Source: Octopus bimaculoides
Lineage: Eukaryota
Assembly (NCBI RefSeq): GCF_001194135.2
Contig: NC_068981.1
Span: 162,737,487 to 162,785,796, forward strand
Direction of reading: 5' to 3'
DNA length: 48,310 bases
The notes under the pieces were generated by a model. It saw only the letters and a list, made by a program, of their open reading frames with translations, was not told the DNA's origin and did no database searches. A program made the position numbers and the translations under genes. Below, one piece after another: positions 1-48,310 of this stretch; the stretch's first letter is position 1; each line of letters opens with the position of its first letter.

Positions 1-274
1 ACTCGAATGTGGAATCTAAAAACAGAAACAATTCCTATTATAGTAGGTGCCTTAGGTATAATAAAAAAAATATTCAGACAAATACATCACAAAAACACCA
101 GGACTTACAAATATATATAACATACAGAAAATTGCACTACTGGGCACTGCACACATCCTACGCAAAACACTTTCAATACAGTAAACATAAGAGCACCACA
201 GCACATACTCAAGGCGCACAGAGCTGTGCTCGGTAGTGAAGTGAAAGCACGTTATAAAAATAAAACTACTGAAC

Positions 275-304
<30 letters not shown>
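1..304 (+). mobile_element. 3' end of an R4/Dong-clade (restriction-like endonuclease) non-LTR retrotransposon, ending in (AAT)10
   Basis: Translation TRMWNLKTETIPIIVGALGIIKK, then a +1 A frameshift, then YSDKYITKTPGLTNIYNIQKIALLGTAHILRKTLSIQ* (stop 182-184); about 90 nt of 3' UTR; (AAT)10 at 275-304. Confidence 0.75.
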
Positions 305-305
<1 letters not shown>

Positions 306-949
306 TACAACATTTATGGTCATGACATGATACTCTTGAAATGCACATTGAAAAGAAAACTAAAAATTATATACTCTTCATTCTAATTGAATAATATTAT
401 AATGGTGTACTAATGAATTATGTATTTAAGCTTTTTTCTTTGCATTAAAAGTAATAGAAAGACTGGTTCTAGACTACCTTACCTAAAATCACTTTCTCTC
501 TCCTGTTCTACTTTCAATCGCAGGGGCTCTTTTGGCTCCTTAGTCTTTCATCATGGTATAAGTACCTTGCAAATGATGAAAGCACCCAGTACACTCTGTG
601 CAGTGGTTGGCATTAGGAAGTGCATCCAGCCTTAGAAGTCATACCAAAATTGAGACATTCGAGTGTGGCATGGTCCTCTCTCTCATTGGATCCGGCTGAT
701 CCTCATGTTAATAGAAAAAGTGGATGTAAAATGATGATGCTCTTTCTCTCTCTCTCTCATATACATACACCTTCTAGACTTGTTCAATGTTTTAAGTCAA
801 GCTCACAGTTGTTTTTGTTAACTGAATATACTGAATGGTGTAGTTAAAACAAAATTTCTCATTAAACATCAAATAATTAATATTCGTCTATTTTACAACT
901 TGATCTTTTGTGTGGTAAGAATTCATAATAGTTTGAATACCATATACAA

Positions 950-971
950 CGGAATATGTGTATGTATGTAT

Positions 972-1037
<66 letters not shown>

Positions 1038-1110
1038 TATACATATCTATACATTTGTAGATATACATATATATACATACAAAGAAATATATATACACAC
1101 ACATACACTT
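950..1110. repeat. Compound (TATG)n/(TA)n/(CA)n microsatellite
   Basis: Direct inspection; it explains several YIYI/THTH ORFs in the track. Confidence 0.9.
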
Positions 1111-2088
1111 GGTGTTAATCTGTCAAATAAAACAAAAGCCATGTAGTAATAATATTGATCAGTCAGTCTTTAGAATGTCTGTCCACAAAACAATGCAAAG
1201 TTCTCTCTCATTCTTTCCAAAGCAGACAGAACAGACCAAGTTCTTGAGTATAAAACAGTGCATTCATCAAATGTTTTTAGCTAGAAAAATCTGTACATAT
1301 GTGCTATAAAGTATCTGAAGTTCTTGAGGTCATTTATAAATATAGATTGGACAATATAATTTGACAATGTATGTGTGTGTGTCTCAGCACTGCATTGCTT
1401 CTACAGAGTTTAATAATAAAATGAGCCAATTAAAGTAGTTTGTTCAGAAAATAAAGTTAACTGGAGTTAATGTACTTTTTTTTTTTTTAAACTTTTGTTC
1501 TTCTGATTATTAAGCTACTGCTAAAGATACTAATTCTCAAAGTATAGAAATCACAATTTTAGCTTACTTTTATCTGGCTTTTATCTGTTATTTTATTTTA
1601 GTTTTTGTCTGTGTGTCGGTGTATATATTATGTACATGTATATGCCTGTATTTATATGAATGTATGTATATATGGGTGCTATATATATATATATGAATGT
1701 ATGCCTGTGAACTTACATTGTTTTTGCATTTATATATATACGTGTGTGTGTGTATATATATACATATGAAGCATTGTGTGTGTGTGTATGCTTTTATTTA
1801 TTTATTGATTGATTGATTGATTCTTCACTGACTGGAGCATAGATCAATAGCCATTTTAATGATGTTTCTTAGGTGGCCATCTCTTCTACACATCTTTCTC
1901 CCCAATAAAAAAAAAGGTTAACAAGATCTATTATTTGAATTTTTTCAAGTCTCTCTCTGCCTGTCCGTCTCTCTCTGCCTGTCCGTCTCTCTCTCTCTCT
2001 CTGCACACCGACACACACACATATACACATACATGTGTATGCTTTCTGCATAGTATATTTGTTATCTTTTTTCTATTTGATTGTCCAG

Positions 2089-44041
<41,953 letters not shown>

Positions 44042-44727
44042 CTGCACGTTCTCAACTAGATTTGACAGTTGTGCGATATCACTGGTTTTCATCATAGCAT
44101 TCAATGCACTCGTGTGTATGTGTAGGTTGTGTGTTTGTATAAGACGATGTGTATGTATGTATGTTGACATGACATACATTGATAAACTTATCAATGAACT
44201 TCAAGCAACATTTAAGGGGCTCCTTGCATTGTGGACCTCCTTTTCTTTTTTTTCTTCCTTCCTTCGGTCCATTCCTAGTCAGCCATTCAGCTAGATCAAC
44301 GAGGTGGTGTATGAGAGAGAAATGCTCATTGCTTCGGCTGACCATTTTTAACTGCCAACCTAGCCTACTGCCAATCCAGCCCAACAGCTAACAAGGCTGC
44401 TCTCTTCAACATCAACCAAGCAATGATCTCAAAAGTAAAGGGAACTCACTCACCACAATGTTCCATGAACGTTGTATTCTTTATCCAACCAGTCCATTAT
44501 CATATTGACATTAAGTGTCACCACATATGTTCTTATACTGCTTTGCTACCATTCTATATCACAGCTAGGTAGTTCAGAATGCAGTGAGTAAAAGAGAAGA
44601 ATGGTTCATTATGATATTATTTTTACAACCCTCATCTCAATGTATACAGGCTGTTCGAATCCACCTCAATGTACTTCAGTTAATCTTCACCACATTCATT
44701 TCTCAATTGAAAATATCAGAAAAATTC

Positions 44728-44733
44728 AATAAA
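44728..44733 (+). promoter_or_regulatory. First canonical AATAAA downstream of the EZH stop; candidate polyadenylation signal (others at 45891 and 46409)
   Basis: Motif match only, in AT-rich DNA. Confidence 0.25.
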
Positions 44734-45169
44734 TTTCTAATATATGCACACACATGTGCTTACACACCTATATACTCTCTTTCTCTCCCTCTCTCTCTCT
44801 CTTTCTCCCTCACAGAATTGTGTGGGTATATTATACAGCTACATGCATATTTGTTAGTATAGTACTACTACCATTACTAAACAGTGCAAAGATTGAGTAA
44901 AGAGGGTCTTTGTAGAATCTTGGAACCTAAGGCCATCGTTTCATATTCCAATACAGGCAATGCATTGTGTTCTTAGTAAAAACACTTAACTCTCCCCACC
45001 CAGTTAAAAACTCGTCATTATTCTTTACATCATTGTTATAATAACCAGCATTGACCAGAGATAGTTTACCATTCTACAGCTCAGATATTCAGTACATGCA
45101 ATTCGATCAAAAAGATCTCTTAATAACAAAATGCTTTACTCCAGATTATTATTATTATTATTGCTGCTG

Positions 45170-45400
45170 CTGCTGGCAGGATCGTTAGTGCCTCAGACAA
45201 AATGCTTAGTGGCATTTCTTCCAGCTCTTTACATTCTGGTTTCAAATTCTACTGAGGTTGACTTTACCTTTCATCCTTCCAGGTATGATAGGAAAAAAAA
45301 GTACCAGTGGAGCATTCAGGTTGATGCAATCACCACGCCCACTTTTCTCAAAATTGCTGGCTTTGTGTCAGAATAAGAAAGTATTATTATTATTATTATC
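45170..45400 (+). mobile_element. SINE family B
   Basis: ctggcaggatcgttagtgcc...aaatgcttagtggcatttc...gactttacctttcatcc...; (ATT)n on both sides. Confidence 0.7.
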
Positions 45401-46185
45401 AACTCCCATTGACCACTAGTCTTATTGGTTCTGTATTGAGGGTGTGAGAGGGAAAATATATTGATTTTTATCATTGCCTTAATTAATGTTCTTTGTCCAC
45501 TGCTGGGTATGTATTTAACACCACCACCACTACCCTCACCATCATCAGCAAATCTAAATCAATTCCAGATCTGATGCTGACATTGCTAGCAAGTAAGATA
45601 CTCAGTTCTGCCAAAAAATTTTTCCTTTACTATGTAAAGTTTAGCTGTGGAGATTTCTATACTGACTCTTCTCAATCAATGCCTTTCAGTATCTCTGTAT
45701 TTGTTCGTTAGGTTACTTAATTGCTATACATTTACCCTACCCTCAGTCATCTTGTATGTATTACATACATACATAAATACATACGTTATGTATATATGTG
45801 TGCTCTGTATATGTATATGCATAGGTTTAATATCTTAGGGTGGTGGAAGTGAAGAGTTAAACTGAAAACAGGGCATTTTCTTTGAAATGAAATAAATGAA
45901 ATCAAAACCCAAACCCAAACAACAACCGTTGATGTATTAAACTGTCTTTCCCCTCTGTCTACCTCTCTGGTTGCTAGTGAGTAAAGATTTCCTTTCTAGA
46001 AACCCACATTTCTAACTAGAACTTCTCAGTTGACAAGAAACTTAACCTATCATTTGTGATGTTTGTAGCCGGGCCGAAGTCACCTCGATTGACGTACAAA
46101 TTTCATCAAGACACATAAATCATTTAAGTGAAAGATAACATCACCCCCACCACCACTACCACCACATAGGTTGTTTCTATCTCAC

Positions 46186-46187
<2 letters not shown>

Positions 46188-46233
<46 letters not shown>
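46188..46233. repeat. T46 homopolymer
   Basis: Direct count. Confidence 0.9.
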
Positions 46234-46235
<2 letters not shown>

Positions 46236-46539
46236 TTTAACACAATTTCCATCAAAATTTTAGAAAGCTTTTGATTTTTTTATATGCATATTTTTATTAC
46301 ATTTTTTTTAGCAAATTCATCTTTTCATTGATTTTTATATTATTATTAATTTTTTTTTCTTTAAACTGTGGCAACATAAATTTATAAACAACAGCAAAAT
46401 GTTTACTGAATAAAATTAATTCTGCTCTCTAATATATATATGTGGTCTGCTTGTTCTTTTTATTCATTATTTTGAATGCATCTTAAAATTAATTTGACTC
46501 AGTGTGAAAGAATATCAATCTCATCATTTTAAATCACTG

Positions 46540-47150
46540 ACATGGCTGTGTGGTTAATAAGCTTGCTTTACAGCCATGTAGTTTGGGGTAAAGACCCCCT
46601 ACGTTCATGAATGACCATGTGATTGCACCTAGAAAGTTACCCTCCGAGGGCAAGGTTGCCCATGCATACCAGCCTTCCCTCTCCATTCCACCAATTTTAT
46701 CCAAGGGAAAGGTAAAGGCCGATACAGCTTGGCACCAGTGATGTTGCAACTCATTTCTACAGCTGAGTGAACTGAAGCAACATGAAATAAGGTGTCTAGC
46801 TCAAGAACGCAACACACAGCCCAGTCTGGGAATCAGATTCATTACCTCATGATTGTAAGACTGACGTTCTAACCACTGAGCCGTGCGCCTTCAGCACCAG
46901 ACCAACTAAAGCCTTGTGAATGAATTTAATAGAAACTCTGTGGAAGCCTGCCATGTGTATGTATTTATGGGTTTGTCTGTGTTTGTCCCTCCCATTACTT
47001 GGCAACTGGTGTTGCTTTGTTTACATCCCTGTAAGTTAGTGGTCTGGCAAAAGAGACTGATAGAAAAAAATACTGGGATCGATTTAGTCAGCTAAACCTT
47101 TCAAAGCAGTGCTCCAACATGGTTGCAATCCAGGGACTGGAATAAGTAAG
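46540..47150 (+). mobile_element. SINE family A interrupted by an antisense SINE
   Basis: Head catggctgtgtggttaataagcttgct at 46540; body resumes at 46894; tail gtgctccaacatgg. Confidence 0.7.
46604..46893 (-). mobile_element. tRNA-derived SINE nested in family A
   Basis: Reverse complement begins tgaaggcgcacggctcagtggttagaacgtcagtc (A box), then cttgagctagacacc. Confidence 0.75.
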
Positions 47151-47166
47151 AGGTAGATATTAATTA

Positions 47167-47522
47167 TGTCACTAAATACATGGTTGTCTTTTCTAGCGTG
47201 CCAAGTGATGATGCAGGGTGTTTCCGTTTTGATTTGAAGGCCTTCCAGCCATGACCATCACAACTTATCTATGAATATAACATCTTTATGTCCTCCATTT
47301 TTCAAGATGGCAAAGTATGACCTGAGGGACACTAACTGCTCAGATTCCACCCTTTCTACTCCAGACTGTTTTCTAACACTGGGTCCTCCTAGTTCTTGAA
47401 GATGTTGTATCCATAGATAAACGAGTTGTGATGGTCACGGCTGGAATGCCTTCAAATCAAAACGGAAACACCCTGCATCATCACTTGGCATGCTAGAAAA
47501 GACAACCATGTCTTTAGTTACA
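47167..47522. repeat. Long inverted repeat (arms about 120 nt, spacer 112 nt)
   Basis: 47171-47286 is the reverse complement of 47399-47518, with a few substitutions and a 4-nt indel. Confidence 0.9.
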
Positions 47523-47994
47523 GGAAGGGCATCTGACCATAGAAAAATCTGCCTCAATGAATTCCAAATGACCCATAGAAGCATGAAAAAAGTGGATGTT
47601 AAAACGATAATCATGATGTCTTCCTCAAATCACTTTCATTTTAGAACCAGAAGAGCACATTTGATCATATGATTCTATATAGATTATATCTAGAGAAGAA
47701 CGAAAAGCTTGCAACTGGAATGCCCTTTGATCTATAAACCTGTTCCGGGAACTGTTGCTACAAGGCAACAAGGTGTTTCATTGTGACCTTTTGACCAATT
47801 CTCCCTCAACTCATTACATTTTTGTTTTAATAAGGAAGAACGCATTATAAAATGTAGTCCCTGGTACACTGAAATAAAGTAAAGTCTATATCACAAGTCA
47901 TTGCTCTCTCTCTCTCTCTCAACTGTTTAAGAATGTATGAGACATTTAAATACTGTTCACTGACAGTATCTGGTTATAATCTGGATCAACCAAT

Positions 47995-48310
47995 AAGCTG
48001 AAAGAGAATGAATGGGAGAAAGAGAGCCTGCCGTATGTCGACCCAATAGAGGGACCAGCTATCCGAGTTGATAGTACCAGGGTAGATAAAGCAATTAAGA
48101 GTATGAAGACCGGGAAAGCCCCCGGCCCATCAGGAATCACTGCAGAGATGCTCAAAATATCTGGCAGTGTTGGCTATAGCCTAGTCACCCGTATTACGAA
48201 CCAGGTGATACACGAAGGAGTCATACCCAATGACTGGTGTAGCAGCATCATAGTCAACTGCTACAAAGGTAAAGGTGACGCTTTAGATACAAATAATTAC
48301 AGAGGCATCA
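47995..48310 (+). mobile_element. RTE-clade LINE ORF segment (endonuclease-RT linker into RT domain 1), open to the window edge
   Basis: ENEWEKESLPYVDPIEGPAIRVDSTRVDKAIKSMKTGKAPGPSGITAEMLK...IPNDWCSSIIVNCYKGKGDALDTNNYRGI; no stops or frameshifts; GKA.GP.GI.AE, W...I...KKGD and NYRGI are LINE RT motifs. Confidence 0.9.

Noticed and set aside
877-1146. Several ORFs rich in YI, TH and CV repeats (also near 24467, 26176, 27033 and 41982)
   Set aside because: They are translations of (TA)n, (CA)n and (TG)n microsatellites.
1935-2088. Upstream part of the 147-aa ORF as the EZH N-terminus
   Set aside because: It begins at a non-ATG codon in (CT)n/(CA)n sequence and passes through a polypyrimidine tract and AG, so it is intronic.

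Overview
The window is AT-rich, microsatellite-rich metazoan genomic DNA with three assembly gaps. Its repeat families look like those of an octopus or other coleoid cephalopod; this is my inference from remembered repeat motifs, not a database result. One large + strand gene, the PRC2 H3K27 methyltransferase Enhancer of zeste (EZH1/2, E(z)), spans 2089-44041. I spliced 17 visible coding exons by hand: all introns are GT-AG and all phases are consistent. The start-codon exon was not found upstream. The exon carrying the catalytic RFANHS motif is absent from the called sequence and most likely sits in the gap at 43325-43717. The predicted protein is about 728 aa. Introns and flanks hold several tRNA-derived SINE families, fragments of two or three RTE-type LINE lineages, the 3' end of an R4/Dong-like element, TTAA, hAT and mariner MITEs, and a Helentron-like element. 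The most notable structures are: near-perfect inverted repeats that could form dsRNA in the pre-mRNA; a direct repeat with a conversion-like 109/110 identical tract flanking two in-frame-skippable exons; a five-copy head-to-tail SINE array; and a Gly at the position of human EZH2 Ser21. I found no prokaryotic features, no CRISPR array and no convincing wholly new gene system.
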